From Candidatus Magasanikiibacteriota bacterium (GTDB lineage Bacteria > Patescibacteriota > Patescibacteriia > Magasanikbacterales > UBA922): a DNA stretch of 64,000 nt. Both the position numbers and the translations under genes were made by a program. Positions 1 through 10,036 of this stretch are shown here, piece by piece. The notes beneath the pieces were generated by a model, which saw nothing but the letters and a program-made list of their open reading frames with translations, did no database searches and was not told the DNA's origin. The stretch lies in the NCBI GenBank assembly GCA_018651085.1, contig JABIEQ010000014.1, forward strand, positions 97,807 through 161,806, given 5' to 3'. Within the stretch, counting starts at the first letter, position 1; every line of letters begins with the position of its first letter.

Positions 1-137
1 CAAAAATCAAGATCCATTGTAGCATCTTTTTTTCCTGGTTTCAAACCAGTAGCTTTTTTAATAATACGCATAAGGCGTTTTGCTCCAGATCGGCTACATG
101 GTCCCCCATTACATACTCGAACAGTATATGTACTCAT
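1..137 (-). CDS. Thioredoxin-like [2Fe-2S] ferredoxin-like protein, N-terminal fragment; the CDS continues past the left edge of the window.
   Basis: The minus-strand ATG at 137 is followed by MSTYTVRVCNGGPCSRSGAKRLMRIIKKATG and no stop before the window edge. The V-C-x-G-x-C pattern and its position directly downstream of sufT in the same operon support the call. Confidence 0.4.
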   Translation of the reverse strand, partial: MSTYTVRVCNGGPCSRSGAKRLMRIIKKATGLKPGKKDATMDLDF

Positions 138-145
138 ACATTTTT

Positions 146-433
146 TTATACACCAAGCATCTCACGAAGCTCAGCAGTTGGTTTCCAAGGTGGTTCAAAC
201 GTAATCTCAAGGTCAACAGCAGAAAAACCAAGGCGTCTCATGGCACTTTCCACTTGATGACGAAGCATGTCCCCAGCCGGGCACATCGGTGTCGTAAACG
301 TCATTAACACATGCACTTCTTCTTTACTTTTAATATTTACTTCATAGATTAATCCCAAGGTGTAAATATCAATAAAAAGCTCAGGATCATTAATCCGTTT
401 TAATTCTTCAATAATTTCTTCTTTTGTTACCAT
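146..433 (-). CDS. sufT: SufT/DUF59 (MIP18-family) Fe-S cluster assembly protein
   Basis: A 95-aa ORF carries the DUF59 hallmark TTPMCPAGDML and is the last gene of the suf operon. Confidence 0.75.
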   Translation of the reverse strand: MVTKEEIIEELKRINDPELFIDIYTLGLIYEVNIKSKEEVHVLMTFTTPMCPAGDMLRHQVESAMRRLGFSAVDLEITFEPPWKPTAELREMLGV

Positions 434-438
434 ATAAT

Positions 439-1170
439 TTATGTAATAAATTGATCGTATCCTTCTTTTTCTACTTTAAGCGCTAGTTCATGCCCACCTG
501 AATGGACAATCTTTCCACCCACCATGATGTGAACCTTGTCAGGAGTAATATACTCTAAAATGCGATTATAATGCGTAATAAGAAGGACTCCAGTATCTTT
601 CCCTTTAAACGTATTAATCCCTTCAGCAACGATTTTAAGGGCATCAACATCAAGCCCAGAATCTGTTTCATCTAATATAGCATAGGTTGGCTGAAGTACA
701 GATAATTGTAATATTTCTGCACGCTTTTTTTCTCCTCCAGAAAATCCTTGATTCACATATCGCTTTGCAAATGCTGGATCAATATTAAGATCTTTCATCT
801 TCGCTTGAAGTGATCGATAAAAATCAATTGGAGGAATTTTTTCTCCAATTAAGGCTTCTTTTGATACACGTAAAAAATTAGATATTGTAACACCTGCAAT
901 TTCAGGAGGATATTGCATAGATAAAAATAACCCAGCTTTTGCCCGTTCATCAGGAGCACTATCTGTAATGGTATTTCCATCAACAACAATCTCACCAGAC
1001 GACACCGTATAGTTAGGATGCCCCATAAGCGTATTTGCAAGAGTTGATTTCCCAGAACCATTTGGTCCCATAATCGCATGCACTTCCCCTTTAGGAACAG
1101 TAAGTGTAAGCCCATGAATAATTTTCTTATCTTCAATTGATACGTGAAGATCTTGAATAGATAAACTCAT
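439..1170 (-). CDS. sufC: Fe-S cluster assembly ATPase SufC
   Basis: Walker A GPNGSGKST and the SufC-type signature FSGGEKKRAEILQL are present, in suf context. Confidence 0.9.
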   Translation of the reverse strand: MSLSIQDLHVSIEDKKIIHGLTLTVPKGEVHAIMGPNGSGKSTLANTLMGHPNYTVSSGEIVVDGNTITDSAPDERAKAGLFLSMQYPPEIAGVTISNFLRVSKEALIGEKIPPIDFYRSLQAKMKDLNIDPAFAKRYVNQGFSGGEKKRAEILQLSVLQPTYAILDETDSGLDVDALKIVAEGINTFKGKDTGVLLITHYNRILEYITPDKVHIMVGGKIVHSGGHELALKVEKEGYDQFIT

Positions 1171-1181
1171 AAAGATATATA

Positions 1182-1589
1182 TTAAATAAAACGCTCAGAA
1201 AATGCCTTCATATGATTAATCATAGACGAAAGACCATTTGCCCGAGATAATGATAAATGAGATCGAAGCTCAATAGTATCAAGAAAATCCATGTTAGCCT
1301 CTTTAATCTCTTTTGGTGTTGCCCCAGAAAAAACAAAAATAAGTAATGCCACAATCCCTTTGGTAATTAACGCATCACTATCTCCTTCAAAAAAGATAGT
1401 TCCATTTTTCTCATATCCTCGAAACCATACTTGTGACTGACACCCTCGAATAAGATAGGCATCCTTTTTATACATGTCGTCAAGCATTGGTAATGATTGC
1501 CCTAAAGAAATCAGGTGTTCATATTTTTCTTCCCAAGAAGGAAAAAGAGCAAAATCACTAATACATTGTGCTATTCTTTTATCTATCAT
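1182..1589 (-). CDS. sufE: Cysteine desulfuration protein SufE
   Basis: A 135-aa ORF with the conserved persulfide-acceptor Cys in RGCQSQVW, overlapping the sufS 3' end by 4 nt. Confidence 0.7.
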   Translation of the reverse strand: MIDKRIAQCISDFALFPSWEEKYEHLISLGQSLPMLDDMYKKDAYLIRGCQSQVWFRGYEKNGTIFFEGDSDALITKGIVALLIFVFSGATPKEIKEANMDFLDTIELRSHLSLSRANGLSSMINHMKAFSERFI

Positions 1590-2791
1590 AGATGTAACAT
1601 CTCTATACTTTTTTCTAAAGCCACAAAAGCCACATCAACATCTTCTTTAGTAGAATATATTCCAAAAGAAAATCGATTCACTCCAGATACATCAAGATAT
1701 CCCATTAATGGTTCGGCACAATGATGTCCTGAACGAAACGCAATCCCTTGTTTATCTAAAAGCGTTGCAAGGTCATAATGATGCACTCCCTCAACAGTAA
1801 ACGACACTACGCCTATCTGTGTATCATTTTTTGTTCCATATATAAAAATACCAGGCAACGCATCAAGCTTTTCACATGCATATCTAGTAATCATAGCAAT
1901 GTGCGCGTGGATAGTATCTTTAGATACGTCGTTAATAAAATCAATTGCAGCACCTAATCCAAGTACACCAGCAATATGCGGCGTTCCAGCTTCATGACGT
2001 GTGGGAGACATCGATGGAGTGAATTCATCATAACTCGCTTTTTCTATCATTCCCCCACCAACATGATACGGAATAAGCATATCTAAAAAGGAAGGACTTG
2101 AAACAATGACACCAACTCCTGTTGGCCCGTACATTTTATGAGAAGAAAAAACCAAAGCATCATAATGAAGCTCCTTTTGAGATACATTCATGCTTGATGC
2201 TGCTTGTGCACCGTCAACAATACTATATGCCCCAACACTGTGAGCTAAATCACTTAACGTTTGAACAGGAAATACCGTTCCAAGCACATTAGAAATATAA
2301 GGAAACGCAACTATTTTTGTAGAGCTATCAATAACAGCTTTTGCACTATCGATATCAAGTGCATATTCATCTGTTAATTCAATAAAACGAATTGTTGCTC
2401 CTGTCTTTTTTGCTACTCGTTGCCACGGAAGAAGATTTGCATGATGCTCTGCTCGTGTAAGAACAATAGTGTCGTTTGATGTAAGAATTGACTCAAAAGA
2501 AGAGGCTATAAGATTAAGACCATGCGTTGTACCAGACGTAAATACCACACCATTCTCGTTATCTATATCACAAAATGAGGCTACTTTTTTTCGCACACCT
2601 TCATATAGTGACGTCACCTCAACACTTGTCTTATGCTCACCTCGATGAATATTTGCATTATGATCAGTATAATAAAGACTCACAGCATCAATCACCGATT
2701 GAGACGTTAAACTTGTGGCAGCACTATCAAGATACACCACTTCAGGGTGCTTTACACAAAACGGAAATTGTTTTTTATAAGAAGTATCCAT
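1586..2791 (-). CDS. sufS: Cysteine desulfurase SufS (class V aminotransferase, group II)
   Basis: A 401-aa ORF with the active-site motif RSGHHCAEPL that is typical of SufS/CsdA, sitting between sufD and sufE. Confidence 0.85.
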   Translation of the reverse strand: MDTSYKKQFPFCVKHPEVVYLDSAATSLTSQSVIDAVSLYYTDHNANIHRGEHKTSVEVTSLYEGVRKKVASFCDIDNENGVVFTSGTTHGLNLIASSFESILTSNDTIVLTRAEHHANLLPWQRVAKKTGATIRFIELTDEYALDIDSAKAVIDSSTKIVAFPYISNVLGTVFPVQTLSDLAHSVGAYSIVDGAQAASSMNVSQKELHYDALVFSSHKMYGPTGVGVIVSSPSFLDMLIPYHVGGGMIEKASYDEFTPSMSPTRHEAGTPHIAGVLGLGAAIDFINDVSKDTIHAHIAMITRYACEKLDALPGIFIYGTKNDTQIGVVSFTVEGVHHYDLATLLDKQGIAFRSGHHCAEPLMGYLDVSGVNRFSFGIYSTKEDVDVAFVALEKSIEMLHL

Positions 2792-2793
2792 AT

Positions 2794-3957
2794 TTATACG
2801 GCTAAGGCTTCATGAATATATTGTTCCCAAGTAACTCGAAGAGCAGAAACAGTAATAGCATCTAACACTGGACCCACATGGGCATAGAGCATAAGCTTTT
2901 CTGCTTGCTTTTCTGATAACCCTCGAGATTGTACATAAAATAAATCTTCCTTTCTAAGGCGGGTCGTTGTCACCCCATGAGAGCAAGACACATCATTATT
3001 TGCAATCTCTAAATCAGGAACAGCATCAATAGCAGCTTTATCTGACAATAAAAGGGTATCTTCTTGCTGATACCCAGCACATCCTTTTGCTGATGTTTCA
3101 ACTCGAATAAGCCCACGATACGTTGCTTTTGATTCGTCCCCTAATACAATCTTTGACACAATGTTAGAGGCTGTCTCTGATCCTTTATGAATAACAGCAC
3201 TATATGTATCAAAAACACTTTTTTTGGTTCCTACAACAAGACCATAAATTTCTCCTTTCGCTGATACATCGTTAAGCGTATGCACCATACTCGAAAGAGT
3301 AAGAGCTCCACCAAGCTGTAGATCAATAAACGTCATACTCCCCTTTTCTTCAATATAACTTTGCCGACAAATAGCAACATGTCCATTCTTTCGATATTGA
3401 TCAGCAATATATGTTAGGCTAGCATCTTTTTTTATAAAAATATCAATAATTACTCCATGATACATCGTAGATCTAATATCTTCTATAATAGTTGTAGACA
3501 CACCAGCATCGACAACTATGCAGATATAACTTTGTGATGTTCCTTCTATGGCATCAAGCACAAAAGAAAGGGAAACATCTTCTTTCATGTTTTCCGTAAT
3601 ATGAATAACTTTCGCGGTCATAAATAATGCCGCCGTCGTTGCATAAAAAGCATTAGCAGAAATACGAGAAGCTGTTGATAAAATTTGATCAGTAATAATA
3701 TCCTTAGACATAGCGTCAAAAAGGGACAAGACCTCTACGCCAGGAAGTGTTTCTTTTAACAAAAATGTTGCAGGGTTCGATTGAACACTAAGATCTATCC
3801 CAGTAGTTTTTGTAACCATTCGAATACCATGCTTAAGCATATCTATTGGAAGCATTGCTGATTGGTGTATAAAATCAAGCCGACGCGCCGTAAGCCACGA
3901 TGGTTCTTGTTGATTCATTGAATACGTTTCAATTGTTTTTATAAACAAATCTGTCAT
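2794..3957 (-). CDS. sufD: Fe-S cluster assembly protein SufD
   Basis: A 387-aa ORF paralogous to the sufB C-terminal domain, in the conserved suf position. Confidence 0.8.
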   Translation of the reverse strand: MTDLFIKTIETYSMNQQEPSWLTARRLDFIHQSAMLPIDMLKHGIRMVTKTTGIDLSVQSNPATFLLKETLPGVEVLSLFDAMSKDIITDQILSTASRISANAFYATTAALFMTAKVIHITENMKEDVSLSFVLDAIEGTSQSYICIVVDAGVSTTIIEDIRSTMYHGVIIDIFIKKDASLTYIADQYRKNGHVAICRQSYIEEKGSMTFIDLQLGGALTLSSMVHTLNDVSAKGEIYGLVVGTKKSVFDTYSAVIHKGSETASNIVSKIVLGDESKATYRGLIRVETSAKGCAGYQQEDTLLLSDKAAIDAVPDLEIANNDVSCSHGVTTTRLRKEDLFYVQSRGLSEKQAEKLMLYAHVGPVLDAITVSALRVTWEQYIHEALAV

Positions 3958-3960
3958 ATA

Positions 3961-4611
3961 TTATAGTGAGCGCGCAACGATTTTTTCATAGATAGAAGAA
4001 ATACGAGAAAGGATGTTCTCATCTTGTTGTAAAAATAATACATCTTTTATAACAGCATCAATCAAATCAGAATGAATATCTGTCTCTGACCAAATCGCTT
4101 CGTAATCATGTACAGATATATCATGCTTTTTCCCTCTATACACTTCCTGCACGCAGGTGTTATACAACTTTACGGCTTCTATGGGTTCACAACTTCTATT
4201 TTCCGCGTGATTAAGATAATCAAGATTTGCTTCCATATCAAAAGAATCAAAATCAATCATATCCTGCACAAGTTTAATAGCAGATATACGAATCCACCAA
4301 TCTTCTCCACGCTCTTTTGGAATAAGATCAGATAATTCTTCCATAAACAAATCATGCTGCACCTTATCGCAAAGCACATGCACAGCCCAGCCCTTTAAAA
4401 AATCATCAGGGGCATTACTCGCATCAAGCAAATCATTTCTATGAGTTAACTGTCTATTAATACCAGAAATGTATCGACTATCTGGATACACGGTACCTGA
4501 AACATAACGCATGAGATTTTTAACCTCATACTTTTTTTGAAGTGCAAGAGCAAATCGAATATGTGTTGCTTGAAATGCCATAAAATTATCCAACACTCCC
4601 TTCCATTTCAA
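3961..4611 (-). CDS. Hypothetical protein inserted between sufB and sufD, possibly a metal-dependent hydrolase; the true start may be at 4581 (MAFQATH).
   Basis: A 216-aa ORF whose 5' end overlaps the sufB 3' end by 26 nt. Its His/Asp-rich motifs (HIRFALAL, YPDSRY, HVLCDKVQHD) are not a recognised Suf component. Confidence 0.5.
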   Translation of the reverse strand: MKWKGVLDNFMAFQATHIRFALALQKKYEVKNLMRYVSGTVYPDSRYISGINRQLTHRNDLLDASNAPDDFLKGWAVHVLCDKVQHDLFMEELSDLIPKERGEDWWIRISAIKLVQDMIDFDSFDMEANLDYLNHAENRSCEPIEAVKLYNTCVQEVYRGKKHDISVHDYEAIWSETDIHSDLIDAVIKDVLFLQQDENILSRISSIYEKIVARSL

Positions 4612-6007
4612 GAGAAATTAATTTATTTAGTTCAAGAGCATATTCAAGTGGAAGTGCCTTTACAATGGGTTCAATAAAACCAGAGACAACCATTTGCATA
4701 GCTCGTTCTTCAGATAAACCTCTACTCATTAAGTAAAATATTTCATCATCCCCTATTTTTCCAACAGTAGCTTCATGCGCAATAGACACATCATCTGTAT
4801 CAATGTTCATATACGGATGCGTATTTGAAACAGATCCTTCATCGAGTAAAAGGGCATCACATTCAACCCCAACCTTAGCATTCGTTGCGGCTTTCGTCAC
4901 TTGGACATACCCACGATACGTTGAAATACCACCATCCTTTGAAATAGATTTAGCACGAATGGTTGAAGTTGTATTAGGAGCAGCATGAATTACTTTAGAT
5001 CCTGTATCTTGTTCTTGTCCTTCTCCAGCAAAAGCAATACCTAAACTATCTGATCTTGCTCCACGACCTCGAAGAATTGATGCTGGGTATAACATCGTCA
5101 CACCACTACCCATATTTCCATTAATCCATTCAATCACTCCTTCTTCGTCAACAAGCGCTCGCTTCGTATTTAGGTTATACGTATTTTTAGACCAGTTTTC
5201 AATAGAAGAATACCGTACACGGGCATGTTTATGAACAAAAATTTCAACACACCCAGCATGAAGAGAATTTACGTTATACCGTGGGGCACTACATCCTTCG
5301 ATATATTGAAGTTCAGCCCCTTCGTCAACAATAATTAATGTATGCTCAAATTGCCCAGAACCTTTGGTGTTCATACGAAAATATGCTTGAAGGGGTAACT
5401 CTACTTTCACGCCCTTTGGCACATAAATAAACGTTCCACCAGACCAGACAGCACCATGAAGCATTACAAACTTATGATCATTGATAGGGACACATTGAGT
5501 CATGAAATATTTCTGCACAAGTTCTGGATATTTTTCTACGGCTACATCCATATTCTCAAAGACCACTCCTTTATCTTTTAATGATTGCTGCAAGTTGTGA
5601 TACACCACATCACTATCATATTGTGCGCCAACACCAGCAAGAGCATGCTTTTCAGCTTCTGGAATACCAAGCCGATCAAACGTCTTTTTAATCTCATCAG
5701 GCACATCATCCCAACTTGTAACTTCAGTTGCATCAGGTCGCACAAAATATGTAAGTTCATTCAAATCAAGATCACTCAGATCTGGTCCCCAGGTTGGCAT
5801 TTTTTCCTTTTCATATAAAGTAAATGCTGCTAATCGTTTTTCAAGCATCCAAGCTGGTTCATTTTTTTGAGAAGAAATCGTTCGTACAACGTCTTCAGTT
5901 AATCCTTTCTCTACCTGAAACTTAATATTGTCTTTATTTGGCGTATCAAAAAGCTCTCGACTTACGTCAGGAACTGTACTTGTTACTTGTATACTTTTTG
6001 TATCCAT
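4586..6007 (-). CDS. sufB: Fe-S cluster assembly scaffold SufB
   Basis: A 473-aa ORF with strong SufB-type conservation across the C-terminal half (GGTFIYVPKGV, RGARSD and related motifs). Confidence 0.9.
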   Translation of the reverse strand: MDTKSIQVTSTVPDVSRELFDTPNKDNIKFQVEKGLTEDVVRTISSQKNEPAWMLEKRLAAFTLYEKEKMPTWGPDLSDLDLNELTYFVRPDATEVTSWDDVPDEIKKTFDRLGIPEAEKHALAGVGAQYDSDVVYHNLQQSLKDKGVVFENMDVAVEKYPELVQKYFMTQCVPINDHKFVMLHGAVWSGGTFIYVPKGVKVELPLQAYFRMNTKGSGQFEHTLIIVDEGAELQYIEGCSAPRYNVNSLHAGCVEIFVHKHARVRYSSIENWSKNTYNLNTKRALVDEEGVIEWINGNMGSGVTMLYPASILRGRGARSDSLGIAFAGEGQEQDTGSKVIHAAPNTTSTIRAKSISKDGGISTYRGYVQVTKAATNAKVGVECDALLLDEGSVSNTHPYMNIDTDDVSIAHEATVGKIGDDEIFYLMSRGLSEERAMQMVVSGFIEPIVKALPLEYALELNKLISLEMEGSVG

Positions 6008-6010
6008 AGA

Positions 6011-7222
6011 TTAATGCGAGAATTTTTGTGTCGAACGAAGTGTTTTTACAACAGAAGGAAGAACTTTCATAACATAATCGATATCCTTTTTTGTTGTATC
6101 TTTTCCAAGTGTAAAACGAATAGATGAAGCCGCATCATTGCTTGATACACCACACGCATGAAGAACATGAGAAACGTCAGTTGACTCACTCGTACACGCT
6201 GAACCCGTACCACAAACAATCCCATACTCGTCAAGATACAACACCAATGTTTCAGCTTCTATTCCGAGAAACTGTACATGTATATTATGTGGTAATCTAT
6301 TTTTTTCTAAAAGAGATGGCCCTGTTAATCTAATATCAGGCACAGCATCAATTAAACATTCCCAAAAATAATCACGAAGTGCTTTTACTTCAATATATGA
6401 TTCTTTACGTAAAGATTGAACAGCATCAAAAGCATAAGAAGCACCAACAATGGCTGGAACATTCTCTGTCCCTGCAAACATCCCCTGTTCTTGCCCTCCA
6501 CCAACAATAAGTGGAGATAAGGTAACTCCACGTCTACAATATAAAATACCGACACCTTTAGGCCCATACATCTTAGATCCATTCAAAGTCAATAGATCAA
6601 CATGAAGAGGCTCAACAGATAAATCATAATAAGGACTTGCCTGACACGCATCACTATGAAAATACGGATATACTGTTTTCTTCTTCTTTCGCCACTGTAA
6701 TAATGCCCGACCAATCTCGGCAATCGGATACACCGTTCCAATTTCATTATTTGCAAACATACAAGAAATCAAAATTGTATCGTCTTGTAACGCATCTACT
6801 ACTTGTTTTACCGTAACATTTCCATATTCATCAACAGGAAGATACGTTACAGAAAAACCACGTGCTTCAAGCACCTTCATCGCTTCAAGGACAGCTTTAT
6901 GCTCAACGCTTGTGGTAATAATATGTTTCCCCTGTTCTTGGTGCTTCTTCGCAATCCCTAAAATAGCCATGTTACAAGAAAGTGTTCCACTTCCCGTAAA
7001 AATAATCGTGTCACTTTGCGTTTTTAAATATGTTGAAATACGTACTCGAGATTCCTGAAGTGCTTTTTTTGCCTCAGTCCCTAATCGATATAAACTTGAA
7101 GGATTCCCAAAATGCTCTGTAAAATATGGCTTCATCTTTTCAAAGACAAAAGACGCAACAGGTGTACCAGCAGCGTGATCGAGATAAATAGATGATTTTT
7201 TAAAAAAATGACGAAAAACCAT
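6011..7222 (-). CDS. Cysteine desulfurase of the NifS/IscS type (group I)
   Basis: A 403-aa ORF with the group-I active-site loop SGSACTS and PLP-fold motifs. It is a second desulfurase in addition to sufS. Confidence 0.85.
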   Translation of the reverse strand: MVFRHFFKKSSIYLDHAAGTPVASFVFEKMKPYFTEHFGNPSSLYRLGTEAKKALQESRVRISTYLKTQSDTIIFTGSGTLSCNMAILGIAKKHQEQGKHIITTSVEHKAVLEAMKVLEARGFSVTYLPVDEYGNVTVKQVVDALQDDTILISCMFANNEIGTVYPIAEIGRALLQWRKKKKTVYPYFHSDACQASPYYDLSVEPLHVDLLTLNGSKMYGPKGVGILYCRRGVTLSPLIVGGGQEQGMFAGTENVPAIVGASYAFDAVQSLRKESYIEVKALRDYFWECLIDAVPDIRLTGPSLLEKNRLPHNIHVQFLGIEAETLVLYLDEYGIVCGTGSACTSESTDVSHVLHACGVSSNDAASSIRFTLGKDTTKKDIDYVMKVLPSVVKTLRSTQKFSH

Positions 7223-7227
7223 ATAAA

Positions 7228-7638
7228 TTACTTAACAGTCAATGCTAAATCTTCAATCGTAATACGATCAAGTTCTTCAACCATTCGTGTCTGTACCAAT
7301 GTAAACGCATTTTTAGATATACACGTTTCTTCCTTTATACAATGAAATCCTTCTTTCATACATGGAAACGCAGCATACGGTCCTTCTACAGCCTCAACCA
7401 CCGCTCGAAGCGTTAGTGTCTTTGGGGAAGCAAGCAAAAAATATCCTCCATGAGGACCTTTATTTGCGCGCACAATCCCTGCTTCTCGAAGGGCCTTTGC
7501 TATTTTTTGAAGAAAAAGAAAAGATATGGTACTCTCAGTAGAGAAACGCCGTAAACTAAGCGGTTTTTCCTTTTCCTGCCGAGTCAGCGCTAAGACAAAT
7601 TGAAGCGCGTAATCGACTTGTTTATTTACTTGAATCAT
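7228..7638 (-). CDS. Rrf2-family transcriptional regulator (IscR/SufR-like), first gene of the suf operon
   Basis: A 136-aa ORF with an N-terminal wHTH and three clustered Cys (PCMKEGFHCIKEETC) for Fe-S sensing. Confidence 0.8.
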   Translation of the reverse strand: MIQVNKQVDYALQFVLALTRQEKEKPLSLRRFSTESTISFLFLQKIAKALREAGIVRANKGPHGGYFLLASPKTLTLRAVVEAVEGPYAAFPCMKEGFHCIKEETCISKNAFTLVQTRMVEELDRITIEDLALTVK

Positions 7639-7701
7639 AGTAATTCATACTCAGCCAGTATGATATACTATTTATAAAATTATGTCAATCTAGCAAATAT
7701 T

Positions 7702-8406
7702 ATGAATAATAAGACTAAATGGGAAAGTAACATTATAGAAAAAACCATGCATACCAAAGACATGGTCGTCATTACTTGTAGTAAACCAGAAGGATTTACC
7801 TATAAAGCCGGTCAATTCGTTCAATGGGACGTTCCAGACAAAGAAAGTAAAAATGGCATAGTAAAACGATCATATTCACTTGCCTCAAGCCCCCACCACG
7901 AAAATCTTTCATTTTGTATTAAAATTAAGGAAGACGGAAAAGCCGGAAAATACGTCACACGCATGGATAAAGGAGATACTCTCGTATTTGAAGGACCTCA
8001 AGGAAGATTCTGCTGCAATGAAGAAACTGATGAATCACTCTTTTTTATAGCTACTGGAGCAGGTATTGCCCCAATCATTGGGATGATCGAAGATCAACTA
8101 GAAAACAAAAAAACAGATAAACGTATTCATCTGTTATTTGGTCTTCGCTTTGAAAACGATATCTTCTGGCAAGAAAAAATTGACCATCTATTAAGTACCT
8201 ACAACAATTTTTCCTATCAGATCACACTATCTCGTCCAGAAGGAACTTGGGACGGTCTAAAAGGACGAGTAACAGAACATTTACACGAACATGATGGTAA
8301 TCATTCCTTTTACCTTTGTGGAAGTCTCCCTATGGTAAAAGACGTGAGAGAAATATTAAAGGAAAAAGGCGTTGACATGAAAAGTATTCACTTTGAAATT
8401 TTCTAA
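7702..8406 (+). CDS. Oxidoreductase with FAD/NAD(P)-binding domains (ferredoxin-NADP reductase-like)
   Basis: A 234-aa ORF with the FAD-binding RSYSLASSP (R-x-Y-S) motif and a glycine-rich NAD(P) region IATGAGIAP. It is divergently transcribed from the suf operon. Confidence 0.7.
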   Translation: MNNKTKWESNIIEKTMHTKDMVVITCSKPEGFTYKAGQFVQWDVPDKESKNGIVKRSYSLASSPHHENLSFCIKIKEDGKAGKYVTRMDKGDTLVFEGPQGRFCCNEETDESLFFIATGAGIAPIIGMIEDQLENKKTDKRIHLLFGLRFENDIFWQEKIDHLLSTYNNFSYQITLSRPEGTWDGLKGRVTEHLHEHDGNHSFYLCGSLPMVKDVREILKEKGVDMKSIHFEIF

Positions 8407-8431
8407 ACAATCCCCTCTTCGTATAGAAAAT

Positions 8432-8454
8432 GACACTCCTAAAAAGGGAGTGTC
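8432..8454. terminator. Perfect 8-bp hairpin (GACACTCC/GGAGTGTC) between convergent genes
   Basis: An inverted repeat sits directly after the stop of the + gene and the stop of the - gene. There is no strong U-run. Confidence 0.4.
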
Positions 8455-9020
8455 ATGTTAATGCCACTAGCAACAGCAGCAGAAGCCTCAGTTATAGCTA
8501 TACGATCAAAATTCACAGCAATAGGAAGAACATCCCCAGTAAGTGTTGGATAATACAACATCTTATTTTTTTGTCCAAAATCATAAATTTCTTTCGTCAC
8601 TTTCACATCTTGCTCACAATATTTTTTAATTTCATCAACTTTCCCTTCTTCCCACCAAGTCATTGCTTGAAGCCCATCGGCACTCTTTTGAATTTGTAAT
8701 GTTGCTTTTGCCACATCGTCAAGCTTATAACGCTTTCCACAAGATTCTCTTATAACCTTAAGCATATCTAAATGAGGAAATACACTTAAATCCCCTGTAT
8801 AATACTTATTTAAAATAGGGATATCAAAGTGCTCACTATTATATCCAATTAACCGTTCTGCCTTTTCTAAAATAGGCCACAAATCTCCAAGTTCATCTTT
8901 TTCAAATGATCGATAAGAATTTGTCTCATATTCATAAATTGAGACAACGGTTACTTCCATACTCATCATTTTTTTGATGTCCCCATACGTTTCGATATCA
9001 AACACTATTTCTCGTGACAT
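8439..9020 (-). CDS. DEDD-family 3'-5' exonuclease (DnaQ-like fold)
   Basis: A 193-aa ORF with Exo I VFDIETYG, Exo II YNSEHFDIPIL and Exo III YCEQDV motifs. Confidence 0.7.
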   Translation of the reverse strand: MSREIVFDIETYGDIKKMMSMEVTVVSIYEYETNSYRSFEKDELGDLWPILEKAERLIGYNSEHFDIPILNKYYTGDLSVFPHLDMLKVIRESCGKRYKLDDVAKATLQIQKSADGLQAMTWWEEGKVDEIKKYCEQDVKVTKEIYDFGQKNKMLYYPTLTGDVLPIAVNFDRIAITEASAAVASGINMTLPF

Positions 9021-9072
9021 AACATATATAATTAAATGATGAGCCTATTGTATCACACAGTAAGATAAGACC

Positions 9073-9103
9073 AAAAAAGACCACATATTGTGGTCTTTTT
9101 ATC
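9073..9103. terminator. Rho-independent terminator, bidirectional
   Basis: AGACCACA-tat-TGTGGTCT hairpin flanked by an A-run and a T-run. Confidence 0.7.
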
Positions 9104-9115
9104 TATAAAAAATAT

Positions 9116-9352
9116 TTATGAAGTACCTTTTAGCGCTTCATCAATTTTCGCTGTATCAAATCCAACAATAATTGTTCCATTAATGTCTAAAACAGGAACG
9201 CCCATTTGACCAGATTTTTCTACCATTTCTTTTGCCTTATCTTGATCAACTGACACATCAACATCAGTAAATTCAATCCCTTTTTCTTTAAGGTAATCCT
9301 TTGCCTTATGACAATACGGACACGTTGGCGTACTATATACCATGATAGACAT
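9116..9352 (-). CDS. Glutaredoxin-like protein (thioredoxin fold, CPYC active site)
   Basis: A 78-aa ORF carrying TPTCPYCHKAK and a Grx/NrdH-like length. Confidence 0.75.
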   Translation of the reverse strand: MSIMVYSTPTCPYCHKAKDYLKEKGIEFTDVDVSVDQDKAKEMVEKSGQMGVPVLDINGTIIVGFDTAKIDEALKGTS

Positions 9353-9377
9353 AGTGATTCAAATTAGAAATTATGTA

Positions 9378-9743
9378 CTATGATACTTTTTTAAACTTTA
9401 CACTAAAAATAGGTTCGTAATCATTATCATATTCGTCAGTCACCTCAATGGCTTCACCTTTCATTACTTGCGTAAGTGCAATATCACTTAATACTTCCTG
9501 ATCAGATGTAATATCAATTTTTAAATCTTCAATTTGGGTAAACTCAGAAACAAATTGTCCACGAACAGCAGTTTCAACTTGTTTTTTCTTTTCTCGAAGA
9601 AGCTTCGCTTCATCCACAATCTCTACATAACTTTGAGAATTTTTTAACGCTTGTGAATATGCATCTTTAAGGTCTTTTAACTTCTTTTTATTCTCCTGAA
9701 TACGAGCGAATACTCCCTGAATATCTTGCATACCTTGTGTCAA
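9378..9743 (-). CDS. Hypothetical coiled-coil protein
   Basis: A 121-aa ORF rich in K/E heptad-like periodicity with no recognisable catalytic motif. Confidence 0.45.
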   Translation of the reverse strand: MTQGMQDIQGVFARIQENKKKLKDLKDAYSQALKNSQSYVEIVDEAKLLREKKKQVETAVRGQFVSEFTQIEDLKIDITSDQEVLSDIALTQVMKGEAIEVTDEYDNDYEPIFSVKFKKVS

Positions 9744-9794
9744 TTTAATAAATTAGTACGACAAAAGTATAACACGACAAAATAAAAAAGAAAA

Positions 9795-9964
9795 CTATTC
9801 CTGACACGCGTAGAAATCTTCAACAGAAAACCCTTCACGATGTGCTAAAAATAAGGTTTCAACGTCTTTTGCACTCATATGAAAGATCTCACCAAGCACA
9901 GAAAAAGGGTACTTTTTCGGACAAACCTTGTGAAGATAGACAATAAGCTCTTGAACTTTGGTAG
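9795..9964 (-). CDS. Small hypothetical protein (56 aa) with a possible HTH; below the ORF-track length cutoff
   Basis: My own translation gives MDTPTKVQELIVYLHKVCPKKYPFSVLGEIFHMSAKDVETLFLAHREGFSVEDFYACQE. The ORF lies between two co-oriented genes and the call is tentative. Confidence 0.3.
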
Positions 9965-10036
9965 GGGTATCCATATTCGTATGATTATATATGACACTGA
10001 TAGTATACGCCCAAAAAAGAACCCTTGTCTAGGGTA

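Noticed and set aside
8430-8699. Plus-strand 89-aa ORF antisense to the DEDD exonuclease gene
   Set aside because: It lies entirely within the better-supported minus-strand gene, has low-complexity hydrophobic or basic composition and no RBS.
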